Shown: positions 24,778 to 33,427 of the stretch, one piece after another | How positions within the stretch are numbered: position 1 is the first letter of the stretch | Layout of the letters: every line of letters begins with the position of its first letter | From: a virus | Direction: 5' to 3' (one strand) | Length of the DNA: 64,000 bases | IMG/VR virus record: IMGVR_UViG_3300007735_000786 | Location: 8,752 to 72,751 of that record | The notes under the pieces: generated by a model | What the model was told of the DNA's origin: nothing | Database searches by the model: none | Seen by the model: only the letters and a program-made list of their open reading frames with translations | Made by a program: the position numbers and the translations under genes

Positions 24778-27675
24778 TTAAGGCAGGATGATTAATGGGC
24801 CTTGAATAACAAAACCAGCAGTGCTGCCTGATACAACACCAGAACAAATCAAAGCGGGAGAAGCGCCTGATGCTGTGGTTACATGAAGAGTATTACCAGT
24901 CATGGTTGTAAATAAGCCAATATTACCAGTTACTGTGGCACCAGAAACTCTTGTAGTAAATACACCAGACGTAAAGTTTGCAGTAGTACCAGTAGTTGTA
25001 GTTCCTGTTAAGGAGGTAAAGTTACCTGTTGTAGCAGCAACTGTAGTACCTGTAAATGTGGTTCCGGATAATGTTCCTGTAACGGTAACGCCAGAAGCAA
25101 ATACACCAGAACCTAAAACATTAAGATTACCTGATACAGTTAAACTGTTTTGAACAACATGTCCACTAGTCACAAGTGTTCCAAAAGTTCCACTGGTTGC
25201 ACTTATCTGGTTACCGGTTATTGTAGTGCCAGAGAGTTGTGTGCTAAATACACCTGATACAAAATTAACAGTAATACCTGTAACTGTAGTACCTGTTAAA
25301 GAAGTAAATGTTCCAGTGGGTGCAGCAACTGTTGTACCTGTTATTGTTACACCTGAAATCTGTGTACTAAACACACCTGATACAAAGTTTGCAGTAGTAC
25401 CAGTAGTTGTGGTTCCTGTTAACGTAGTAAAATCACCAGTGCTTGCCGTTAGTGTACTTCCTGTAAGGTAAGTAAATGTACCTGTTGTAGCTAAAACAGT
25501 ATTACCTGTTAGGTAAGAAAACGTACCGGTAGTAGCTGTAACATTAGTACCTGTTATTGTTACACCTGAAATCTGTGTACTAAACACACCTGATACAAAG
25601 TTTGCAGTTGTACCAGTAGTAGTGGTTCCTGTTAGAGAGGTAAAGTTACCGGTTGTTGCAATGACAGTAGCACCTGTTATTGTTACACCTGAAATCTGTG
25701 TACTAAACACACCTGATACAAAGTTTGCAGTTGTACCAGTAGTAGTGGTTCCTGTTAAGGAGGTAAAGTTACCTGTTGTAGCAGTTATTGTTGCGCCTGT
25801 AAGAGATACAAAAGTACCAGTTGTAGCTGCAACTGTGGTTCCGGTTATTGTTGCGCCAGAAATGCTTGTAGTAAATACACCGCTAACACCAGTGATATTT
25901 GTAAATTGCCCAGTATCACCCGTGATAGTGCTACCACTTACAGAAGAAGTAAAAACAGCGGATACATAATTACCAGATGTAAAATTTGATGTTGTTCCCG
26001 TAATAGTTGTTCCGCTTAATGTGCCGGTTACTGTGACACCAGAAGCAAAACTACCTGAACCAAGGATATTAAGATTTCCTGATACAGTCAGATTATTTTG
26101 AACGGTGTGCCCACTGGCAATTAAAGTTCCAAATGTTCCTGTTGTAGCTGATACATTTGTACCTGTTATTGTAATTCCACTAACGGTACCTGTAACACTG
26201 ATGCCTGAACTAAAGAAACCTGAGCCTAATGTAGAGGTATCTCCCGAGAAAACTAAACCACCTGAATAACTTAAGTTGACAGCATTTATAGTAGTAAAAT
26301 TACCAGTATCTGCAATAAATGTCGTACCTGTAAGGTTTACAAAAGCACCAGACGTGCCTTGTACAATGTTGCCTGTAATTGTCGCACCAGAAAGACTGGT
26401 AGTAAATACTGCAGCAATACCGGTTACATGCGTAAAAGAACCTGTGTCTCCTGTAACAAGCGTTCCAGATACTTTTGTTGTAAATGTTCCGGTAGCTCCT
26501 GTAACAGAAGAGAACGCTGCTACGTCACCAGTGACAATTGCACCTGAAACTTTAGTTGTAAAATTACCTGAAACTCCATTAACTATTGAAAATAAACCAG
26601 ATGTTCCAGTGATAGTTACGCCTGAAATGTTACTTGTGAATACTCCAGAAACACCTGAGACAAAAGTAGCTGCAACTGTATTGCCTGTTACAAGTAAGCC
26701 TGATACACGATCTGTAAACGTACCCGATACACCTGTTAGTTGTGTAACATTTCCTGTATCTCCAATGATAGATGCCCCTGATAAAACTTGTGTAAAAACA
26801 CCTGAAACACCTGTAACATTACCAAACGAACTATTATTCCCTGTAATTGTTGCACCAGATAACCTGGTTGTAAATACACCAGATACTCCAGTGATATTAC
26901 TCACTAAAGCAGTATCTCCTGTAATCGTTGCACCTGAAAGTTGACTAGTAAAAACACCTGAAACACCAGTAACTGTACTAAATTTAGCTGTAGTTCCGGT
27001 TACCGTAGTGCCAGATAATGTTCCTGTGACTTGTACGCCGGAGGCAAATTGGGCAAGTCCAGTAACTGTTAGACCACTTGCTACGGAGAGATTTCCGGTT
27101 ACGGCTAAAATAGGTATATTTAAAGTTTGAAAAGTACCTGTTGTAGCTTCTACTGTTGTTCCTGTAATTGTTGTTCCGCTTAAATTAATAAATGTCCCCG
27201 AGGTTGCAAGAAGCTGCCCACCTGTTATTGTTGTTCCTGAAAGATTTTGAAATCTTCCACTTGTAAATAAACTAGATGTTCCCGTAGTTGTTGTAGTTGT
27301 AGCAGTAACGGCATTTACAAAAGTACCTTGTAAATATGTACCTGTTACTGTTGTTCCACTTATAACACCACTAACAGTAGCATCATTTTGTACTAGGAGT
27401 CCACTAACGGTAGTTAAACCAGAAGACGTAATTGTAGAAAAAGTACTAGTACCGTTTACAGAAAGATTTCCAGTGACTGTAATATTTCCACTAAAAGTAG
27501 CACCACTAGTGGAAGGATAGTAATCATCAAGATAATCTTTAAACTGTGTAAATGTAATTTTTTTATTACGTAGCGTTGGGTCCACTTCAAAAACGTGGAC
27601 AAGCGTTAGCAAGTCTTCGTCGTCAATTTGGTTTCCGTCAATAGATGGAAACTCACTTATTCTACGGTTTGCCAC
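24778..27675 (-). CDS. Thr/Gly-rich repetitive tail fibre
   Basis: 965 aa of SGTTITGT/TGNFTSLTG repeats with an N-terminal anchor domain. Confidence 0.8.
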   Translation of the reverse strand: MANRRISEFPSIDGNQIDDEDLLTLVHVFEVDPTLRNKKITFTQFKDYLDDYYPSTSGATFSGNITVTGNLSVNGTSTFSTITSSGLTTVSGLLVQNDATVSGVISGTTVTGTYLQGTFVNAVTATTTTTTGTSSLFTSGRFQNLSGTTITGGQLLATSGTFINLSGTTITGTTVEATTGTFQTLNIPILAVTGNLSVASGLTVTGLAQFASGVQVTGTLSGTTVTGTTAKFSTVTGVSGVFTSQLSGATITGDTALVSNITGVSGVFTTRLSGATITGNNSSFGNVTGVSGVFTQVLSGASIIGDTGNVTQLTGVSGTFTDRVSGLLVTGNTVAATFVSGVSGVFTSNISGVTITGTSGLFSIVNGVSGNFTTKVSGAIVTGDVAAFSSVTGATGTFTTKVSGTLVTGDTGSFTHVTGIAAVFTTSLSGATITGNIVQGTSGAFVNLTGTTFIADTGNFTTINAVNLSYSGGLVFSGDTSTLGSGFFSSGISVTGTVSGITITGTNVSATTGTFGTLIASGHTVQNNLTVSGNLNILGSGSFASGVTVTGTLSGTTITGTTSNFTSGNYVSAVFTSSVSGSTITGDTGQFTNITGVSGVFTTSISGATITGTTVAATTGTFVSLTGATITATTGNFTSLTGTTTTGTTANFVSGVFSTQISGVTITGATVIATTGNFTSLTGTTTTGTTANFVSGVFSTQISGVTITGTNVTATTGTFSYLTGNTVLATTGTFTYLTGSTLTASTGDFTTLTGTTTTGTTANFVSGVFSTQISGVTITGTTVAAPTGTFTSLTGTTVTGITVNFVSGVFSTQLSGTTITGNQISATSGTFGTLVTSGHVVQNSLTVSGNLNVLGSGVFASGVTVTGTLSGTTFTGTTVAATTGNFTSLTGTTTTGTTANFTSGVFTTRVSGATVTGNIGLFTTMTGNTLHVTTASGASPALICSGVVSGSTAGFVIQGPLIILP
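25336..25731. repeat. three identical 60-bp intragenic direct repeats
   Basis: ACCTGTTATTGTTACACCTGAAATC...TTTGCAGT at 25336, 25549 and 25672. Confidence 0.85.
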
Positions 27676-27720
27676 CTACTTCTCAATATATGTTCTTACT
27701 TTAATTATAAAGCGTTTTCC

Positions 27721-28032
27721 TTACTTTACTCTGATTTCTATTCGAGGTAAAACATTTGTGCCATAGTTCCAAATCTGTTGTATTCCTGTTACAATTCCAC
27801 AAGCTACAGCAAATAACAAAAGTAATTCTGCAACAGTCCAGTTGCGACGCACATAAACAACCCTTGGGCCTTGTTGTGTTTGTACTGTTTGCTGTTGAAT
27901 TCCTTGTTGAATTCCCTGTTGTATTGCCATCTCCATGGCACGAGCTTTCATTTCTGCAAGTTGTGCAGGGGAGATTGATCCCTCTGGTATCTGTGGGACT
28001 GAAGGTTGGCTAGGCGGAATCTGTTCTTCCAT
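27721..28032 (-). CDS. small membrane protein
   Basis: One hydrophobic segment (VAELLLLFAVACGIVTGI). Confidence 0.6.
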   Translation of the reverse strand: MEEQIPPSQPSVPQIPEGSISPAQLAEMKARAMEMAIQQGIQQGIQQQTVQTQQGPRVVYVRRNWTVAELLLLFAVACGIVTGIQQIWNYGTNVLPRIEIRVK

Positions 28033-28085
28033 AATGGTTGTTTTATCTTTAAAAACGTTAGCATGTTCTCGACCTATTTGTCGTT

Positions 28086-28520
28086 ATGTACACCGGAATC
28101 CCTAAAGGACTACAGGATATTGTTGCTGAACTCAAAGGCATCAAGCATATACTGGCCTCAATGTGGCACAGTCGCTACCAAGAAGGCGAGACGGATCAGT
28201 TAAATCCTGAAGCATATACTGACGAATACATTTCTACCGAAGAATGTGGTAGACGTCTAGGTATATCAGACCAGACAGTGAGGAATTGGATTTCTATCGG
28301 TAAAAACAACCCAAGTAAAGGCTGGGTAGAAGGTCTTCATTACGTCAACGCATCTCCTAATCCTGGTAAAAAAGCACTTCTTCGTATCCCCTGGAACACC
28401 TTGGTTCGTTCTTTTGCTAAAAACAAGAAGGTAGATCAGGCAGATTTACGTGACAATCTTCCTTCTATGTATTGCACAACCACAGCTGAAAAGGTTATGG
28501 AAAATGGCGCACCGCTTTAA
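28086..28520 (+). CDS. HTH (excisionase/MerR-like) DNA-binding protein
   Basis: YISTEECGRRLGISDQTVRNWI. Confidence 0.7.
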   Translation: MYTGIPKGLQDIVAELKGIKHILASMWHSRYQEGETDQLNPEAYTDEYISTEECGRRLGISDQTVRNWISIGKNNPSKGWVEGLHYVNASPNPGKKALLRIPWNTLVRSFAKNKKVDQADLRDNLPSMYCTTTAEKVMENGAPL

Positions 28521-28962
28521 AAATGTAGATATTGCAGCGGTCACTCTTGACAATGTCAATGATGTGCTTCCAGAATCCCTTTTCTTACAGTTGGAATTTT
28601 TTCTTCCGCCTGAAGGTTCTTTTGATGACGGTTGCTTACAAAGATACCTGACAATCTTAAAACAATATGAAGAAGAGGATGAGAATTCTCACATGACGTT
28701 AGCAAATCGTTTACGTCTTGCGTTCCAAGAACCTACACCAGCTACGATATGCGGTAAATTCCCACAAGCAGAACTTCCCTTGAAAAGACGGCTGCGTTGT
28801 GTAGCGGAGTATTTGATTCGTTCAGGTGAATTAGATAAGGTTAAAGACGAAAACGGAAAACTTGTAAAGAAACGTGGCATCTTAGGTAAGATGGTAGTGC
28901 TGTACAGACCTACTGGTAAGCTGCTAGAGTCTTTAGTACGTCAAGGGTTAATAGAAAAATGA
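28504..28962 (+). CDS. hypothetical protein, possibly winged helix
   Basis: Likely start MAHRFK at 28504. Confidence 0.6.
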   Translation: MAHRFKNVDIAAVTLDNVNDVLPESLFLQLEFFLPPEGSFDDGCLQRYLTILKQYEEEDENSHMTLANRLRLAFQEPTPATICGKFPQAELPLKRRLRCVAEYLIRSGELDKVKDENGKLVKKRGILGKMVVLYRPTGKLLESLVRQGLIEK

Positions 28963-29345
28963 ACCGCAGAGAAAATTTAATCGCTTCTGTTATCGGTCCG
29001 GAGTTGGATGAAACAAAAGCTAAGATGCTCGACGCAACACTTAAGTTGATTCTTGGTGATATGGGAGAACAATATTGTAAACACTGGGAGCTTTCTGGTC
29101 CAGGTGTAATGGTATTTCAACCAGAACACAAAGATCGCACAATGTTCTATTGGTTACTTTCTGAAATACATAAGGCACAAGAGAAGTCTGAAAGAGAAAA
29201 TAACGGAGATCTAGCAGAAACATTTAGACGTATTCTTGAGTCTGCGCAAAAAATAAACCCAGTAGAAAATGCTGGTTATGTGATTAATGACAATGAGGGC
29301 ATTCGCTATTTTCAAATAGACTATAACAAAACAGCCGAGTCTTAA
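28959..29345 (+). CDS. hypothetical protein
   Basis: Coupled overlaps at both ends. Confidence 0.65.
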   Translation: MNRRENLIASVIGPELDETKAKMLDATLKLILGDMGEQYCKHWELSGPGVMVFQPEHKDRTMFYWLLSEIHKAQEKSERENNGDLAETFRRILESAQKINPVENAGYVINDNEGIRYFQIDYNKTAES

Positions 29346-29932
29346 TGGGAATACAGAATATACATAGTCACACTGAAGACCGGGAATTCATTACCAACCA
29401 AGATCTTGTTACCGCAGCACATGGTTTGCTTGGAGGAATTGACCTTGATCCCGCAAGTTCTGAGTTTGCAAACACTCATGTATGTGCAGATGAAATTTAT
29501 ACACCATCAGACGACGGTTTAAACTGTCAGCCATGGTACGGAAAGGTATATCTTTTTCCTCCAGCGGGGGCATACTTTTGGGATAAAAAACGTCAACGTT
29601 GGAAGATGACTAGAACATCTTCTCCATCTTTAATGTCATCTCATGCCGTTTGGTTTAATCGTCTTTATAAGGAGTGGTTGGCAGGAGAAGTTACAGAAGG
29701 TTTGTTCTTTACTAATGTCCCAGATATGATTCGGTATGATCCAAGGATCTTTAAGTTCCCTTTGTGTATCTTAAAGACACCGCCAACACTTCTAAAAAGA
29801 ACCAGTGAGGGTCTCGCTAAACACAAGACGTGTACTTCTTTGATTGTTTACCTGCCGCCAAAGAATGACACAGCAGACTTTATAGAAAAATTCATTAGTA
29901 TTTATGAAGAGAAGGGGCACATCCTAAGTTGA
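29345..29932 (+). CDS. phage Dam-like N6-adenine methyltransferase homologue (degenerate motif IV)
   Basis: IDLDPAS, DDGL..PW.GKVYLFPPA (canonical NPPY). Confidence 0.65.
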   Translation: MGIQNIHSHTEDREFITNQDLVTAAHGLLGGIDLDPASSEFANTHVCADEIYTPSDDGLNCQPWYGKVYLFPPAGAYFWDKKRQRWKMTRTSSPSLMSSHAVWFNRLYKEWLAGEVTEGLFFTNVPDMIRYDPRIFKFPLCILKTPPTLLKRTSEGLAKHKTCTSLIVYLPPKNDTADFIEKFISIYEEKGHILS

Positions 29933-29965
29933 TCCTGTAAGCTAGTCCAGGACCTACCAACGAGT

Positions 29966-30553
29966 ATGAGCATTTTAGCTGACTGGGAAATTAAAAAACT
30001 TGCGGAAGAAGAACAGATGATCGAACCTTTTGCTGACCATCTTGTCAGCAAAGAACATAAACGCAAAATTCTCAGCTATGGCCTTGGTTCCTATGGTTAT
30101 GATATTCGGTTATCACCTGAACAGTGTTTGATTTTTGGTAATGTTCAATCAGGTGATTGTGATCCAAAAAACTTTGATCCTGAAATCCTTAGGCCCACTG
30201 AACTACTTAAAGATAAACGCGGTGAATATTTCTTGTTGCCACCCTATGGTTATTGCTTAGGTGTAGCAATGGAGCGATTGAAACTACCTCGTGACATTAC
30301 TGTTGTAGCTGTAGGCAAGTCAACCTATGCACGTTCAGGGATAATGGTAAACATAACTCCTGCAGAAGCAATGTGGGAAGGTTATTTAACATTGGAGATT
30401 AATAATTGCACTCCTTTGTTTAATCGTATTTATGCTAATGAAGGTATTACGCAATTACTTTTTTATCGTGGTAATCCTTGCGAAGTAAGTTACCAAGACA
30501 GGAAAGGTAAGTACCAAGATCAACCACCAGAGATTGTTTTTTCTCATGTTTAA
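29966..30553 (+). CDS. dcd: dCTP deaminase
   Basis: SYGLGSYGYDIRL, GKSTYARSG, TPAE..WEG.LTLE, YANEGI.Q, Y..RKGKYQ. Confidence 0.95.
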   Translation: MSILADWEIKKLAEEEQMIEPFADHLVSKEHKRKILSYGLGSYGYDIRLSPEQCLIFGNVQSGDCDPKNFDPEILRPTELLKDKRGEYFLLPPYGYCLGVAMERLKLPRDITVVAVGKSTYARSGIMVNITPAEAMWEGYLTLEINNCTPLFNRIYANEGITQLLFYRGNPCEVSYQDRKGKYQDQPPEIVFSHV

Positions 30554-31020
30554 TAACTATAGGATCTACCTGAGAAGGACTTAGGTTTATCAGCGTAGTT
30601 ACTACCACCACCACCATAACCATCTCCCATACTTGGTAGTTCAACTCCTTCAATTGACGCGGCACCCCTAGGAGTTTTTCCGCGAATTGCTGGTTCCGCA
30701 ATGGCAGTACGTTTTTTGTATTCGCCAGCAGTCTTTGCTGCTTGCATGAATTTAAAAAGGCGTTCTTGTGCGTCTTGCTGTGAGTTATCAATTTGTCTGT
30801 AACCTGTTCTTTCCGGGGAATAGGCAAAATCTCGCGCAACGTCTGAAAATAAATCCCGCTCTTCTGGATCTAAACGACGTAGATCGACATCCCTAGCTTG
30901 TTCTGGTCGTAAATCGGTTACTTCAACACCTGAGGATCCAGTGTCCTTTAGTGGATCGTAAGTAGGATCATAAAAACTTGCCATAGTAATATTGTAAGAG
31001 GAGATAATCAAGCTTTTCAA
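30550..31020 (-). CDS. hypothetical protein
   Basis: Low-complexity ORF; likely start MASFYDP. Confidence 0.6.
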   Translation of the reverse strand: MKSLIISSYNITMASFYDPTYDPLKDTGSSGVEVTDLRPEQARDVDLRRLDPEERDLFSDVARDFAYSPERTGYRQIDNSQQDAQERLFKFMQAAKTAGEYKKRTAIAEPAIRGKTPRGAASIEGVELPSMGDGYGGGGSNYADKPKSFSGRSYSY

Positions 31021-31025
31021 ATATT

Positions 31026-31370
31026 ATGCATAACAATGCAGCTGGTTTTTTAGACGGGTTTATGGATGAGGTAATGTGTCGTTGTATTGACGAAGATGAC
31101 TTTGGTCAACCACTAGCCAATCAAAATAACGATGTTCCTTTACAGGATATGTACAACCGTGGCTTGGTAGCACCAATGCAAGGACTTGAACGTAATCCTT
31201 TACACATTGAAGGAATGAAACGGCCTGGTGTATCGGGACTCATTCCTTCCATGGAGGAGGGTGTAGCAATGGGTGCATCACCTAAGCCACATGCCTTGGT
31301 ACTAGAGCTACCTGAGGCTGATGATGAAATGAAAATACAATCTGCTAAACGTCGTGGCTTAATGCGTTAA
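31026..31370 (+). CDS. hypothetical protein
   Basis: 114-aa ORF. Confidence 0.55.
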   Translation: MHNNAAGFLDGFMDEVMCRCIDEDDFGQPLANQNNDVPLQDMYNRGLVAPMQGLERNPLHIEGMKRPGVSGLIPSMEEGVAMGASPKPHALVLELPEADDEMKIQSAKRRGLMR

Positions 31371-31397
31371 GCTGACATTTGAATTACCTTTTGGTTT

Positions 31398-31625
31398 GTG
31401 AATCTAGATCTTGTTGACCATCCTCCGCACTACACGGCGAGTGATAGGGTTGAGTGCATTGAAGCACTAGAGGCACAACTAAATACAGATGAATATCGTG
31501 GCTACTTACGTGGCTGCTGTATCAAATATCTTTGGCGCTGTATGCTCAAAGGTAAACCTTTAGAAGATCTTAAGAAATGTCAGTGGTACCTTGACAGGTT
31601 GATTGACACCTTTCAGAACGGCTGA
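31398..31625 (+). CDS. DUF3310 / T7 gp1.7-like nucleotide kinase
   Basis: VDHPPHY...ECIEA...KYLWR...K...EDLKKCQWYL. Confidence 0.85.
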   Translation: MNLDLVDHPPHYTASDRVECIEALEAQLNTDEYRGYLRGCCIKYLWRCMLKGKPLEDLKKCQWYLDRLIDTFQNG

Positions 31626-31921
31626 AGCAAGTAATCGTCTTCATCGTCGTCGTCATCGTCATCAGATACACAAGCTGCCGCGAGCTCTGCCAGGTCAACA
31701 TCAGTTGGTTGGCCCCATGTGATCTCGATATTTTCGCCTGCCATAATATCTTTGACTGCTGTCCACTCCATCATCCGAGTGTAATAAAGGTTTAAAAGGG
31801 CCGCCTGAAGCTCATCCCAAGTCATTTCTGCGCTTTGGAGTTCAGCTTTCTTCATTGCAAACTGAAGCTCCAAAGGGAGATCAAACTCCCGATGCTCACA
31901 CGGTTCGACTGAGTGCTCCAT
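31613..31921 (-). CDS. nblA: NblA-like phycobilisome degradation adaptor with acidic tail
   Basis: LPLELQF..K....Q..EMTWDELQAALLNLY..RMM matches the NblA consensus LSLEQQF...QV..MS.EQ...L..LY.QM. Confidence 0.7.
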   Translation of the reverse strand: MEHSVEPCEHREFDLPLELQFAMKKAELQSAEMTWDELQAALLNLYYTRMMEWTAVKDIMAGENIEITWGQPTDVDLAELAAACVSDDDDDDDEDDYLLQPF

Positions 31922-31950
31922 TTTCTCTGCGTGTCTTATGTAATTCTATT

Positions 31951-32616
31951 CTAAGGGTAAGAGTCAAACACACTGCTTAAGACACTGTCCGTAGCACCAA
32001 GCCATGGATCATCTGATACCCTAAATCTGTTTGCAAACTCCGATAAAACGTATGGATTAAGTTGTTCTTCCAGATGGCGGATGGCTTCTACTTGATGAGG
32101 TGCAGCACTGTAGACTCTAAATGCTGTTAATAAGATGTCTGGGGACGAACGAAAGGGTGTGTTGAGTTGTAGTAGGAATAGATCAACTTCTTCTCTCCTG
32201 CGGTCCAGGAGACCACCAATGACCTTATAGTCGGCATCAAAGATCCAGTGACCAATATCTTCAATAGCACCATGAAAATCATCAGCCTCCAAGCAGTCAA
32301 TGATTCCGCTGTACAGAAAAGAATCCCAGCCAACCGAATGAATAAAGGAGACTAACGCCTGGCGCATACAACCATCTAGATTTAAGTTTAATTTGTCTAG
32401 ACGTCCTTCAATAATCCCAAGTTCGTGAAATAAATATTCTAATGCTTTTTCTTGACTGCAATACTGACCTTTTTTGACGGGAGCACCGTCTGGATAAAAT
32501 TGAGTTCCGTAGCCAATAGTGTATGGTTCTTTGCCAGTGTGTTGATCGGGATATGCTTTTTCACTAAAGCCCTCATATTTACGGATCAAATTAACAGCGC
32601 AAGATAGATCCGACAT
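31951..32616 (-). CDS. phage lysozyme (GH24)
   Basis: IRKYEGF...YPD....TIGYG...ALVSF...GLLDRRREE..LF. Confidence 0.85.
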   Translation of the reverse strand: MSDLSCAVNLIRKYEGFSEKAYPDQHTGKEPYTIGYGTQFYPDGAPVKKGQYCSQEKALEYLFHELGIIEGRLDKLNLNLDGCMRQALVSFIHSVGWDSFLYSGIIDCLEADDFHGAIEDIGHWIFDADYKVIGGLLDRRREEVDLFLLQLNTPFRSSPDILLTAFRVYSAAPHQVEAIRHLEEQLNPYVLSEFANRFRVSDDPWLGATDSVLSSVFDSYP

Positions 32617-32667
32617 AAGAACAATAATTATTACTTCTAATATACACAGAAATTTTTTATTTTGACT

Positions 32668-33084
32668 TTACTTTTTTGTTTTTCTTCTATTATTACATTG
32701 TTCCACATGTGTAGCCCAGCGTACGTTGCCAACTTCATAATTTCCCCAAGGATCAATTCTATCTATTGTTTTACCTTCTGGTCTGGGGCCTACTTCATCA
32801 TAAAATTCTTGAAAGCATGTAAATTTAAATTGAACGTGACCATACGCTCCGTGATGGTTTTCCCTGACTCTTTTTTTTGCTCGCCAATAACTTTTATAAG
32901 CGCCTACTTTTAAAATATCGTGTTTTGCTGAAGGGTTTTTAACCTTAAGTTTTCGTCCAGCAAAAGCACAAGAACGACAAATCCATTGTTTATTCTTTCT
33001 GTTGTATTGGTCAATTCTTATTGTTCCTTTTTCAGCGCAGGTCAAACAGTTTACGTCAACATAGTTCCAACGTGATGAAGGCAT
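32668..33084 (-). CDS. HNH-family homing endonuclease-like protein
   Basis: GPRPEGKTIDRID..GNYEVGNVRWAT..EQCNNRR. Confidence 0.85.
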   Translation of the reverse strand: MPSSRWNYVDVNCLTCAEKGTIRIDQYNRKNKQWICRSCAFAGRKLKVKNPSAKHDILKVGAYKSYWRAKKRVRENHHGAYGHVQFKFTCFQEFYDEVGPRPEGKTIDRIDPWGNYEVGNVRWATHVEQCNNRRKTKK

Positions 33085-33422
33085 AGCTCGATAAAATCAG
33101 ATCCAAGTATACCACTTAGGATCATCCACTTGACCTTGTGCGACCACCATCTAGCACTCATCTTGTCAGGATTAGGATCTTGCGCATTATGTCTAGCGTA
33201 ATAAGATTTCTTTCGTGCCTTGTCTTTTTCTGTGGTTGGGTTTTTACCAGCGCCTTCTACGCCTTGTTGACCAAAGCGGATGATACGTTCTTCTCCTTTA
33301 TCACAAGCTTTAACTACATGGCTTTTGGTTGGATGACCAGGAGTCTTACGTGGCTTATTACAAGCCATTTTATCTTTTGCTAATTTGGCTGCACTTGCTG
33401 CCTTTTGGTGCTTTTTAGTCAT
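33051..33422 (-). CDS. basic hypothetical phage protein
   Basis: CNKPRKTP.HPTKSHVVKAC...IIRFGQQG...SYYARH. Confidence 0.7.
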   Translation of the reverse strand: MTKKHQKAASAAKLAKDKMACNKPRKTPGHPTKSHVVKACDKGEERIIRFGQQGVEGAGKNPTTEKDKARKKSYYARHNAQDPNPDKMSARWWSHKVKWMILSGILGSDFIELCLHHVGTMLT

Positions 33423-33427
33423 GTTAG

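Noticed and set aside
24359-26944. Plus-strand V/P/T-rich ORFs
   Set aside because: Antisense shadows of the repetitive Thr/Gly fibre codons.
19727-27675. Shufflon or diversity-generating retroelement acting on the fibres
   Set aside because: No reverse transcriptase, template/variable repeat pair or inverted crossover sites seen; the repeats are direct.
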